A stretch of 64,000 bases of DNA from Gammaproteobacteria bacterium (GCA_040002315.1 JBDUEQ010000146.1:6009-70008); one strand, 5' to 3'. Counted from the stretch's first letter, positions 18,499 to 27,400 are shown. Program-made: numbers and translations. The notes: generated by a model not told the origin, from the sequence alone.

Positions 18499-18517
18499 AA
18501 TCAATAAGTCATTGATT
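18499..18517. promoter_or_regulatory. AT-rich 9-1-9 palindrome upstream of the ECF sigma gene (Fur-box-like candidate)
   Basis: AATCAATAA-G-TCATTGATT has 8 of 9 symmetric positions. It lies in the only AT-rich patch of the 215-nt region upstream of the sigma start. Confidence 0.3.
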
Positions 18518-18558
18518 ACATTAAATTAGAGACGAATATGCGCGACGCCTATCTGTGC

Positions 18559-19482
18559 TCAGGCCGGCTTCTCGCCGCGCACCGTAGTGCGGTACAACTC
18601 GCGACGGTAGCCTTGGTAGTCGTTGTAAGCCTGGTGAACGCAAAGCCGGTTGTCCCAAAGCACAAGCATTTTCGGCTCCCAGCGTAGCCGGCAACCGAAC
18701 ACGGGTTGAGTGAGATGCCCGGTTAAGAATCGCATGATCGGTGCCGATTCCTCGGGCGCCATGCCCTCAATACCGATGCCATAGGAAGGGTCGACGTACA
18801 AGGCCTTCTCTCCGGTCACGGCGTGTGTGCGTACGATCGGGTGAACATTGCCCCTAATCTTGCGTAGCAGATCATCTGAGAGCTTGGCGGCATCACGCGT
18901 GGCAGCGAGACGGCCGATGGGGCTGTCGCTTACCTCAACTGCTTCCTGCGACGCCTTCAGCACATCGCGCAGCGAGAAATGTACCTTCAGGCCGTCGATC
19001 ATCCGGCGATAGGTCTCGCTCAGCATGGCATAGGCCAAGGCCGAGTTGGCCCAGGTGGTGTCACCGCCGAAAGGGGGAATCTCAACCGACCGTAGAGTCG
19101 TGATTGCCGGCGGCTCCGGCAGAAAAGGCGAGTCCGTATGCCAGCCTTCACCAAATACCATTCTGGAAGAATCAGCGGCCTCCTTGATCAGCGGATGTAC
19201 GTTTCGGTGTCCTGGTACGCCCTGGGTGTAGGCGTCCTCTGAGAAAGGACCAAATCGCAGGCTGAAGGCCTCGTGATCGTGGTGCGTGAGCGTCTGATTG
19301 CGCAGATAAATCATCTTGTGCCGGAACAGCGCGCGCGCGATCTCCGCGAACTGTGCATCAGTGACCTCAGCTGCCTGCGCGCCGCGTACTTCCGCCCCCA
19401 TGGCCGCAGACAAGGGCATCACACTGATGTGCTGGTATTTCGCCGGATGGTTGTCGAATTTGCCGGTGGGATGGAGCCGCAT
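18559..19482 (-). CDS. TauD/TfdA-family Fe(II)/2-oxoglutarate dioxygenase
   Basis: N-terminal ISVMPLSAAMGAEV, iron ligands in WHTDSPF, and a C-terminal LWDNRLCVHQA motif. Confidence 0.85.
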   Translation of the reverse strand: MRLHPTGKFDNHPAKYQHISVMPLSAAMGAEVRGAQAAEVTDAQFAEIARALFRHKMIYLRNQTLTHHDHEAFSLRFGPFSEDAYTQGVPGHRNVHPLIKEAADSSRMVFGEGWHTDSPFLPEPPAITTLRSVEIPPFGGDTTWANSALAYAMLSETYRRMIDGLKVHFSLRDVLKASQEAVEVSDSPIGRLAATRDAAKLSDDLLRKIRGNVHPIVRTHAVTGEKALYVDPSYGIGIEGMAPEESAPIMRFLTGHLTQPVFGCRLRWEPKMLVLWDNRLCVHQAYNDYQGYRRELYRTTVRGEKPA

Positions 19483-19497
19483 GGGTGTGAAAACTGC

Positions 19498-19875
19498 CTA
19501 CTGACGAGTATTCCTGGACAGGTAAGCGGCGAGCGTTTCAAGCTCCGCGTCGGTGATTTCCGTCTTTCGGAATTGTGGCATGACCGAGATCCCGTGGCGC
19601 ACCAACATCCTCACCATTGCCGGAGGCAGGTCGGTCCATTCGAGCAGCACGCCGGATTTGACTCCTTGGTACTTCACGGTCAATGCGTGCGTTCCGGGAT
19701 GCGTGATGCCGGGATCGTGGCACGGCGCGCACCATTTTCCGTAAACGACGCGCCCTTGTACCTGCGCAACGGTCAGTTCCCCTGCGAATGCTGGTGCCAA
19801 GAGAATGAGTCCGCAGACTGCCGCAATGGATGCCGCCTGCAGGCGCTTCGGCGTGGGTTGGGACCGCGGCCTCAT
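19498..19875 (-). CDS. monohaem cytochrome c (flavocytochrome small subunit candidate)
   Basis: ATGA overlap with the upstream flavoprotein stop (19875-19872). Signal peptide MRPRSQPTPKRLQAASIAAVCGLILLAPAFA. Haem motif CAPCH and a distal VMPQF Met. Confidence 0.85.
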   Translation of the reverse strand: MRPRSQPTPKRLQAASIAAVCGLILLAPAFAGELTVAQVQGRVVYGKWCAPCHDPGITHPGTHALTVKYQGVKSGVLLEWTDLPPAMVRMLVRHGISVMPQFRKTEITDAELETLAAYLSRNTRQ

Positions 19876-21524
19876 GACTGTGTGCCTCTTAAGTGCTTCG
19901 GCCAAATATCGTAGCGACCGGGCGACAGTACGCCGTTGGGATCGATCGCGTCCTTGAGTGTTTCGTGAAATCGCCGTAAGGCATGGTCATTGAAGGAATA
20001 AACATCCATCACTGCCTTCTGGAAAACCGGTGCGGTGCGATACTCACCCCAGCCATGTTGGCCTCCGATCTCGATCAATTTTTGGAAGCCTTCCCGATAG
20101 CGCTTGTTGGTGGCGGGATCCTCGGTTACTGGGGTCGCCAGAATAAAAATGAAAGAACGCTCCCAGAAGCAAGCTGGCAGCGTGAATGTTCCAAACAACG
20201 GCATACCCAGGTCCCGTGCAGCCTCGCTGAACACCCGGTTCGCCTCGATGATGGCCTCACCGGTGCGCGGAATGATGGGCGAGAACCACATATGGCCCTT
20301 CGATGGTGTCGGGTTCCAGGGAGTCCGCGCACCGATCGAAAACGCACGCAACGACGGGATGCCGAACTCCGGCTCGTGGTATTGCTCCGCTTTGGCAGGG
20401 TCGATTGGCAGCGACAGCCGGTCGACGATGCGAAATCTTGCGCCATCGATCTTCGCGAAATGCCGCTGCGCGGCCTGCCACTGAGCTTCGATCACTTCCA
20501 TCGGCCCGTGGAAACTCAGCCACAGCTCCCAATAGGCAATCCCCGCCTTGAGGCCATAGGCTTCGAGTTCACCGGAATAGCCGAGTTTCACCTCGCCCAG
20601 CAACTTCTTATGTTCCTCCGTCATCGTCGGCGGTCCATTTTCGAACAACAGCTGAATCTGGCCGATCGGCGGATAACCGTTGAGCGGGGAGGCGATGTCC
20701 GGGAACCCCGAGGTGATTCGCGCGTTCTCGAGATAGTTCAGCGTCTCGACGAGCGGTCCGAGATCCCGGTAGTGCGACAGCGAGACGGTGCATCGCAAAT
20801 ACGCCTCGGGCTGCGGCATCAGCCAAAACCCCATTTTGGTGACAATGCCGAAATTGGATTGAGAGAATATGCCGTCGATCCACGGCCCGCATCCCGATTT
20901 ATACTGTTGCCAGGTTTTGGCGTTCGGAATCGCGCCCATGCCCGTGCGCAACAACTCGCCGTTCGGCAGGACCACCTCCATGCCGCAATGAGAATCAAAG
21001 TGATTGCGATAGTTCGCCGATGTATAGCCGCCACCGCGGTCGATTGCGTTGCCCACGACACTACCCCAGCCGGGGTCAGGACAATCAATCCACACCTTTA
21101 GATTCCGTTGCCGGATGTGGTGATACAGGTCGAAATAGCTCACCCCCGGCTCGACCAAAGCGAATGCGTTTGCCTCGTTCACCTCCAGGATACGATTCAT
21201 GCGCTTGAGGTCGACCACGACGCATCCCGAGTAAGCGGGGGCGGAGCCGCCGTACCCGAGGTTCTTCCCGGTCGAAATAGCATACAGGGGGATGCGATAT
21301 CGGTTGGCGGTACGCACGATCTGTTGCACCTCCTCAGTCGAGGACGGTGCCACCGCAGCGGAAGCGACCCGCTCCTCGGCCTCATGCAGGAACGGCGAAT
21401 ACGCATCGCGATACAGATCCACATCCTCGTCGCTGGTGAACACCCACTGCTTGCCCACGGCTTGTTCGAACTCGGCGAGCGCGCTGGAAAATTCCTTCGG
21501 CTTTACTCCCGGCGGCAATTTCAC
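19872..21524 (-). CDS. FAD-linked oxidase of the vanillyl-alcohol oxidase / p-cresol methylhydroxylase family
   Basis: FAD_binding_4-type motif IPLYAISTGKNLGYGGSAP. The 550-aa length and the cytochrome c gene immediately downstream match the PchF/PchC arrangement. Confidence 0.8.
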   Translation of the reverse strand: MKLPPGVKPKEFSSALAEFEQAVGKQWVFTSDEDVDLYRDAYSPFLHEAEERVASAAVAPSSTEEVQQIVRTANRYRIPLYAISTGKNLGYGGSAPAYSGCVVVDLKRMNRILEVNEANAFALVEPGVSYFDLYHHIRQRNLKVWIDCPDPGWGSVVGNAIDRGGGYTSANYRNHFDSHCGMEVVLPNGELLRTGMGAIPNAKTWQQYKSGCGPWIDGIFSQSNFGIVTKMGFWLMPQPEAYLRCTVSLSHYRDLGPLVETLNYLENARITSGFPDIASPLNGYPPIGQIQLLFENGPPTMTEEHKKLLGEVKLGYSGELEAYGLKAGIAYWELWLSFHGPMEVIEAQWQAAQRHFAKIDGARFRIVDRLSLPIDPAKAEQYHEPEFGIPSLRAFSIGARTPWNPTPSKGHMWFSPIIPRTGEAIIEANRVFSEAARDLGMPLFGTFTLPACFWERSFIFILATPVTEDPATNKRYREGFQKLIEIGGQHGWGEYRTAPVFQKAVMDVYSFNDHALRRFHETLKDAIDPNGVLSPGRYDIWPKHLRGTQS

Positions 21525-21546
21525 CGATCCCTCTCCCCAATATTCG

Positions 21547-22155
21547 TCATGCAGAAATAACCCAAGAGACCAGGTCCGCCCCCGATGCGACGCTTGGATC
21601 TAAGAGATCATCCGATACCGGGCCGCTGGAGCACGGTCGATCTTTCGCACGCTCGCAGCTGCCAAGCAGCTCCATCACACGCTCGGGCCAATCCTGCCGG
21701 CGGTTGAGGGCGGCAAAAGTTCGGCTCAGCATGGGCTCGGTCGCCGTCACGCGATGGCTAAAACCGATGAGCGAGCGTCGGTGGTCGATGCGAATCACCA
21801 CGTGCCTCCAGTGGTCTTTGGCCATCTGCTCCAGACAGAACAGGCTGGAGGGCGTGGTCATGCCAGCGACTGAGCCGCGGCCCGCCGCCCATAGTGGACG
21901 CAGCATGTCGTGCCACAGGGGCGTGACGTCCCCTTCAAACGCAATGGTTTGGTGCCCAGACCGCCTCGCCGCCGCTGCGAAGGATCGGCACTCGGCGTAG
22001 CGAGAATCGAACACGATTTCATCCAACGCGATGGCCGGGCTGCGGCTGGCAGTGGCTGCGCCGGTCGCACCGGTGCCGGTCGCGGCGAAAACACCTTCGG
22101 CGTGACAGCATACTGCGGCGGCAGCGCTGCCCAGACAGAATGTGCGGCGGTCCAT
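21547..22155 (-). CDS. hypothetical protein with twin-arginine leader
   Basis: MDRRTFCLGSAAAAVCCHAEGVFA looks like a Tat leader. No family was recognised for the rest. It ends 22 nt upstream of the flavoprotein gene on the same strand. Confidence 0.6.
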   Translation of the reverse strand: MDRRTFCLGSAAAAVCCHAEGVFAATGTGATGAATASRSPAIALDEIVFDSRYAECRSFAAAARRSGHQTIAFEGDVTPLWHDMLRPLWAAGRGSVAGMTTPSSLFCLEQMAKDHWRHVVIRIDHRRSLIGFSHRVTATEPMLSRTFAALNRRQDWPERVMELLGSCERAKDRPCSSGPVSDDLLDPSVASGADLVSWVISA

Positions 22156-22232
22156 AACGCTCCGTTGCGACAGTTAACTGCACAAATATAAGCATTCTTG
22201 GCGTGCGGAACTCGCACGACAGTGAACTCAAT

Positions 22233-22751
22233 TCATCGGCAGTACCGCAGCCCATCGCCGCTGCTTCTCTTGGTAGGAAACTGCGGCGTTCGCGGGACTG
22301 GTCGACGGCAGCACGCGCGCCGCGATGAGTTGCATGGGAGTTGGCAGCTTGGCGAGTACTGAACGTCGGTAGATCGCTTCCGCTTTCCGGCCATTGAAAC
22401 AAATGAGCTGAATTTGCGTATAGCGGAATCGAGGCTCCCGAGGCGGACCGCGGACTCGCAAGCATCCCACAAGGCAATACTCGCATTTTTCAGCCCCTGG
22501 ACTCGATTCGGATAGGGTAGCGCTGGATCGAAACCGAGCAGCGACGCCATGATCAACACACGCGCCGAAGGTTGCGATATTGCGGCAAGGCCCAGGGAGG
22601 GCTCAGTATGCACGATCGCTGCATGGGCTGTTTGGCCGCCAAGGATCGGGACATAGCGGCGAAGACCCCGGGGACTCTGACCGACGACGATGGTGTCGGC
22701 GAGCTGTACTCGCGCGGTGAATGCATATTGGGGGTGGAGGTCTGTCAGCAT
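22233..22751 (-). pseudogene. probable frameshifted DUF3237-like gene
   Basis: The first ~40 aa (MLTDLHPQYAFTARVQLADTIVVGQSPRGLRRYVPILGG) match the DUF3237 N-terminus as I remember it, then similarity stops. RY-type and PRF-type fragments appear in the other two frames. The remaining ORF is Arg/Ser/Cys-rich junk. Confidence 0.4.
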
Positions 22752-22893
22752 TGGCAAATCTACTCTGGCGATTTCAACGTTTGGGAAGGACGCGGTGCAT
22801 GGCTCGAAGTCTGTAGTTTTTGTGATGCATTTTCAATGGCAAACTATTTCGCGCCCCGCGGCACATGCAATTCTGGGTTTGTGAGTCTGCGAA

Positions 22894-23283
22894 TCATGGG
22901 TGTTCGGCGAAGCGTCTGCGAGGAGTGAGAGCCGCAAGCACCGCCGCCACGATGAATAGAGCGGGCACATCTCCTAGCAGGTGGCCATGATTCTCAGATG
23001 CCTGCAGCGATTGGAAGGTCATGATGGCGCCATGTACTACGCTCGACCAAACCGTGAACCAGATCAGGCTGAGGTGCTCGAGTGGATTGCGTGCTGCAAG
23101 GATAAGGAATACGCCCAGCGTCGCGTAGATGCCGACTATCATCAACGGATAGTGGGAGTGTCCGGTGTGCCATGTCCATCCCGACGGCCAGACGACCATC
23201 AATAGATAGATTCCACCGATGAAGATTGCGCCGACCGCGATCAGTGCGATCCGTAGAAACCGAAGCTGTTGAATAGCGCTCAT
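22894..23283 (-). CDS. small integral membrane protein (about four TM helices), function unknown
   Basis: MSAIQQLRFLRIALIAVGAIFIGGIYLLMVVW..., with four hydrophobic spans and conserved His residues. It starts 4 nt after the methyltransferase stop. Confidence 0.65.
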   Translation of the reverse strand: MSAIQQLRFLRIALIAVGAIFIGGIYLLMVVWPSGWTWHTGHSHYPLMIVGIYATLGVFLILAARNPLEHLSLIWFTVWSSVVHGAIMTFQSLQASENHGHLLGDVPALFIVAAVLAALTPRRRFAEHP

Positions 23284-23287
23284 GTGT

Positions 23288-24118
23288 TCAGCGCCTGGTA
23301 ACGACAATCTCAAGATACTCGCTCGGAACGATCATGGTGCCGTCCGTTGCGCGATTGCACTTCCCGATCAGTGCCAGGAGATCTTGTTGCAGGGCCGCTT
23401 GCGACTGGGTATTGAGTGCGGCGAATGCCTTGAGCACCGGGCCGTAGTACCCACCGAAGACCTCCATCCAATGCTGGGGCGAGCGATAGCGGAACACGAA
23501 GTGACGTTGCACCGCCTCGACGGAAGCAGCATGCGGCTCGAACAATTCGGCGATTCGCGCGCGTACACCCCACAGTGCGGGGGACTTCGCGCCAGGCGGG
23601 GGAGGAAGATACTTTCCAATGGCTTTGAATAGCTGGCCTATGAAACCCTCCGGTGTCCAATTGGCAAGTCCGATCTTTCCACCGCGCTTGCATACGCGAA
23701 GCATCTCTGCGGCTGATCGCTCGTGATCGGGGGCAAACATGACGCCGAAGGTTGAGACGACCACATCGAAGGATTCATCCTCGAATGGCAGCGCCTCGGC
23801 ATCCGCCTCGCGGAATTCGATGTTCAGGCGCTCAGCCGCGGCACGCTCGCGGGCTCGATCGAGTAACGACGGCACGTAGTCAGTCGACACGACGCTGCAC
23901 CAGCGGCGGGCAGCCGCCAGGGAGACATTGCCGTTTCCGGCGGCGACGTCGAGTACCCGCTCGATGGAATGCAGATCGAGGGCCTCGCATAGGGATTCAC
24001 CAACGATCTGCAGTGTCGTTCCGACGACCGAGTAATCGCCCGACGACCAGGCGGCTTGCTGCTTGCGCTTCAGGCCTGAAAGGTCGACGGTTTCGTTGGG
24101 TTTGACGATTGCGGACAT
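23288..24118 (-). CDS. class I SAM-dependent methyltransferase
   Basis: The internal ATG at 24118 gives MSAIVKPNET.... SAM motif I VLDVAAGNGNVS. Motif II/III region FDVVVSTFGVMF...LRVCKRGGKIGLANW. Confidence 0.85.
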   Translation of the reverse strand: MSAIVKPNETVDLSGLKRKQQAAWSSGDYSVVGTTLQIVGESLCEALDLHSIERVLDVAAGNGNVSLAAARRWCSVVSTDYVPSLLDRARERAAAERLNIEFREADAEALPFEDESFDVVVSTFGVMFAPDHERSAAEMLRVCKRGGKIGLANWTPEGFIGQLFKAIGKYLPPPPGAKSPALWGVRARIAELFEPHAASVEAVQRHFVFRYRSPQHWMEVFGGYYGPVLKAFAALNTQSQAALQQDLLALIGKCNRATDGTMIVPSEYLEIVVTRR

Positions 24119-24199
24119 ATAGATTCTCCTAAGTAACCGTGGGGTAGCTAATTTCTGGGGACCATTTGAGTACAGGCTGAAGCGCGCGGGGTAACGCAA

Positions 24200-24240
24200 A
24201 CCGGGACAAATGGCGGGACAACGCTCGGCGCATTCCCGGT
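24200..24240. promoter_or_regulatory. repeat elements in the methyltransferase / STAND-regulator divergent intergenic region
   Basis: GGGACAA direct repeat at 24203-24209 and 24215-24221 (12-bp phase). It is nested in the inverted repeat ACCGGGA (24200-24206) / TCCCGGT (24234-24240). Confidence 0.25.
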
Positions 24241-24262
24241 AAACTTGCTGGTCTCGGCACGG

Positions 24263-27200
24263 ATGGGCGGTATGCAGGAATTGACGCAATCTTTTGGCTA
24301 TTGGTTGCGGCGTCGCCGAAAAGCGCTCGACCTTACCCAGGAAGCGCTCGCCGAATGCGTCAGTTGCTCGGGTTTCGCCATTAGGAAAATCGAAGCGGAT
24401 GAACGCAGGCCGTCGTTACCGCTTGCCCATCGGCTGGCCGATGCGCTCGCCGTCCCGGCGCAGGAGCGGCGCGCATTTCTCGACGCGGCGCGCGCTGTTC
24501 GATCCGCAACCCGCCTGCCGCCGGGCGGATCGCCGGTGAACTCGCCATCAAGCAACGCTGGCGAGGACCCTCCACGCGAAGCTGCGGTCTATGCAAAAAA
24601 CGAAGCGGCTCCCTTTGTGGGCCGTACCAAAGAGTATGACGTGCTAGCTGAGCTTGTCGCCAGCCTTGCTGGAGGCATCGGCAACACGGTGCTGATTGAA
24701 GGTGAGCCCGGTATCGGCAAGAGCCGGCTGATACGGGAGATCGTGCGTCATGCCGAGTCCCTTGGTTTGCCCATCATCGCGACCAATTGTTACCAGATCG
24801 AGAGGGCAATACCTTACCAGCCCGTCATCAATCTGGTCACGCGCGCGCTCAATCGCGCGTCATCCTCCGCGCTGAGCAAGCTGGCGCCGGTGTCGCTTGC
24901 CGAGCTTGCTGCACTGGTTCCCGCTGTGGCGCAGCGCTATCCGCAATTACCGGAGCTGTCGCGGGATTTTCCGGAAGCGCGCCAGGCTCGATTGTCTCAC
25001 GCGGTCGGGCAGCTATTTGAAGCAGCGGGAGACGGCCGCCCCTCCATTCTGGTGGTGGACGATATCCAGTGGGCGGATGAGGCGAGCGCAAGGGTGCTTC
25101 ATTACCTCGCTCGACAAGCCGCCCAACAACCTACGCTGATGATCTATGCGTACAGAGACGATGACCTCGCGAGCGACGAACGCCTTGCTCTACTAGTGGA
25201 GAGCCTGCATCGCGAACTCGGTGCACGGCGACTGCCGCTGTCTCGATTGCGCTTTGTCGACGCGAGCTCCTTAATCGGAGCATTCTACGATGCCAAGCGA
25301 GAGACACCGTGGCTCGCGGCCCGCCTCTTTCAGGAAACGGCAGGTAATCCATTCTTTCTTGTCTCGATACTCCAATCGTTGAGCGATGGTGAGACGCAGT
25401 TGGATGAGCGCAACGGCAAGGGTCCCGGCTTGCTGCCGGATGCCCTGCGAGCAGCGGTTCGTGTGCGCGTTGCCCACGTACCAAAACAAATTCGGCCCAC
25501 CCTCGAAATCGCAGCGGTTCTTGGCCGCCGATTTGACTTCGATACCCTGCGCGAGGCAACCAACGAACCCGAAGCGGACGCACTCGAGTCGGTTGAGACG
25601 TTGGTTAAGCGCGGATTCCTCAGGGAGGAAGCGGATGACGGCGTGTACGACTTCAGTCACGACAAGGTGCGCGAGGTGGTTTATCGAGACATCGGCAGTG
25701 CACGGCGTCGATTGCTGCATCGTTTGGTGGCGGAAGCTCTAGAACGCCGTGACGAAGGCGAATTGTATGAGCGCGAGGCGCGCTTGTCTGAGCACTATGA
25801 GCGAGCTCAAGAATGGTCAAGGGCGCTCAAGTACCTCATCCTTACGGGCGAGCGCTCGCTGGCACTGTTCGCCATGCGCGATGCGCTTCACTGGCTGGAT
25901 CGTGCGATCGCGCTATCCGAGACTCATCCTGAGGCCCTTGATGCACACCAGCGGCTCGCACTTTATGAACGTCGCGGCGCGGCGCGCGCCCTGGCAGGAC
26001 AGACCGACGGGGCGGTGGCCGATATGCGGCATGTCATCGACAGTGCGCGCACTGCCGGCGAAAGCGAGAAGGCACGCGATGCGTTGATTCAGCTCGGCAT
26101 GGCCTATCGGCGCGCCGACCTGTACGAGGCGGCGACGGCGTGTCTCACCGAGGCATTAGCGGAAACTCGAAAATTGCAAGACGAATATCAGGCCGCCGGC
26201 ATCCTTTATCACCTGGGTACAGTGGCTTGGAGCACCGGCTTGAACGGACAAGCAATTGCGGCTCATGAGGAGGCGGTTGCCATTTGCGAAAGGCTGGGTC
26301 TTGCTGACCTCAACGCAGTACAGGCCTATCACGGCCGCGGCGAAGCGTACTTTGCGAATGCACAGCCGACGCAGGCCATCGGGTGCTTCGTTCGATCGCT
26401 GCAACTCTCCCGCCAGATTGGCGACAAGGCCTATGAATCCGAGAATCTGATGATGATCGGGCACGCTTGCGTGGGCGGCAAGGGGCTCGGCGACTACGCT
26501 CGGGCGGTAAGAAATTTCGATGAAGCGTTGGAGATTGCCTATAACGCAGACCTACAGTGGCATATGGGACCGACTCTCCTTGGCCTCGACCACGTCCGTG
26601 CCTGTACGGGAAGCTATGGAGAAGCTTGGACGGGCATGCAGAAGACCGTTCGCTGGCTCGCAAGCCTCAAGCAAGTTCGCTATCAGCTTATTGCCTACGA
26701 CTATGTGGGTGAATTATTGCTCGATCTGCATTTGAATGAACAAGCAGTCGAGCAAATGGAGTGCGGCCTCTCACTCGCCCGAACCTCGGGCATCAATTTC
26801 TGGCGCGCTGCGATGGAGGCGCACCTCACGGTGGCGCAAATGCGGCTGGGCAGGAATACGGGCACTGCGGCGCTCGAGATGGCACTCGTGCGCACTCGCG
26901 GCGCCGCCGAGCGCTATCTCATGATCCCGTGCCTCGACGCTATGGCGGAGGTTGCGCTGGCATCGGGTACTCCACAGCGATGCCGGGAATTCGCCGGCGA
27001 ACTGCTGGTGCTGGCCGAATCGAACGACCTGCGCGAAGTCGAGGCTCGGGCCCGGCGCTGGCTCGGCGAGGCGTTACTCGCAGAAGCCGCCCACAAGGAG
27101 GCTCACGCCGAATTGTCGCGCGCCGCGGCGCTGGCGCAAGGTGTGGGGCGCGTGCGGCTGCAGTTGGACGTGGAGCGGGCGCTGGCTAGAGTATTTGTGT

Positions 27201-27313
27201 CGAGTGAGCGGCCGCAAGAGGCTCTTCTGCACCAGCGCAAGGCCGATGAAATTCGCGAAGCGATCGAAAGAAGTCTCGATTCGTCGGAGTTGGTCGCACA
27301 ACTCTCGTCATAG
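24263..27313 (+). CDS. STAND-type regulator: N-terminal XRE-family HTH + AAA_16 P-loop NTPase + TPR array
   Basis: HTH LRRRRKALDLTQEALAECVSCSGFAIRKIEADERRPS. Walker A GEPGIGKS, Walker B ILVVDDIQWAD, and the LAL-type GNPFFL motif. About 500 aa of TPR-like repeats follow. The start is ambiguous (TTG 24245, ATG 24263 or 24272). Confidence 0.8.
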   Translation: MGGMQELTQSFGYWLRRRRKALDLTQEALAECVSCSGFAIRKIEADERRPSLPLAHRLADALAVPAQERRAFLDAARAVRSATRLPPGGSPVNSPSSNAGEDPPREAAVYAKNEAAPFVGRTKEYDVLAELVASLAGGIGNTVLIEGEPGIGKSRLIREIVRHAESLGLPIIATNCYQIERAIPYQPVINLVTRALNRASSSALSKLAPVSLAELAALVPAVAQRYPQLPELSRDFPEARQARLSHAVGQLFEAAGDGRPSILVVDDIQWADEASARVLHYLARQAAQQPTLMIYAYRDDDLASDERLALLVESLHRELGARRLPLSRLRFVDASSLIGAFYDAKRETPWLAARLFQETAGNPFFLVSILQSLSDGETQLDERNGKGPGLLPDALRAAVRVRVAHVPKQIRPTLEIAAVLGRRFDFDTLREATNEPEADALESVETLVKRGFLREEADDGVYDFSHDKVREVVYRDIGSARRRLLHRLVAEALERRDEGELYEREARLSEHYERAQEWSRALKYLILTGERSLALFAMRDALHWLDRAIALSETHPEALDAHQRLALYERRGAARALAGQTDGAVADMRHVIDSARTAGESEKARDALIQLGMAYRRADLYEAATACLTEALAETRKLQDEYQAAGILYHLGTVAWSTGLNGQAIAAHEEAVAICERLGLADLNAVQAYHGRGEAYFANAQPTQAIGCFVRSLQLSRQIGDKAYESENLMMIGHACVGGKGLGDYARAVRNFDEALEIAYNADLQWHMGPTLLGLDHVRACTGSYGEAWTGMQKTVRWLASLKQVRYQLIAYDYVGELLLDLHLNEQAVEQMECGLSLARTSGINFWRAAMEAHLTVAQMRLGRNTGTAALEMALVRTRGAAERYLMIPCLDAMAEVALASGTPQRCREFAGELLVLAESNDLREVEARARRWLGEALLAEAAHKEAHAELSRAAALAQGVGRVRLQLDVERALARVFVSSERPQEALLHQRKADEIREAIERSLDSSELVAQLSS

Positions 27314-27400
27314 TCCGGGAAACAGGCGTTGGTTCGCAGCATTCGCTAGACATCTGCTGTTGCCGCAGGGTAGCTTCCATGCTGCTTGGCTGGAGTTGCC

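Noticed and set aside
19983-21101. 372-aa forward ORF opposite the VAO/PCMH flavoprotein gene
   Set aside because: It is a mirror-frame artefact. The opposite strand carries the FAD-binding motif and a coupled cytochrome c gene.
27314-27400. Sigma-54-type promoter (TGG...GC elements) upstream of the M1 peptidase gene
   Set aside because: The GG-to-GC spacing in both candidate sites (TGGTTCGCAGCATTCGC and TGGCTGGAGTTGCC) does not fit the GG-N10-GC rule.
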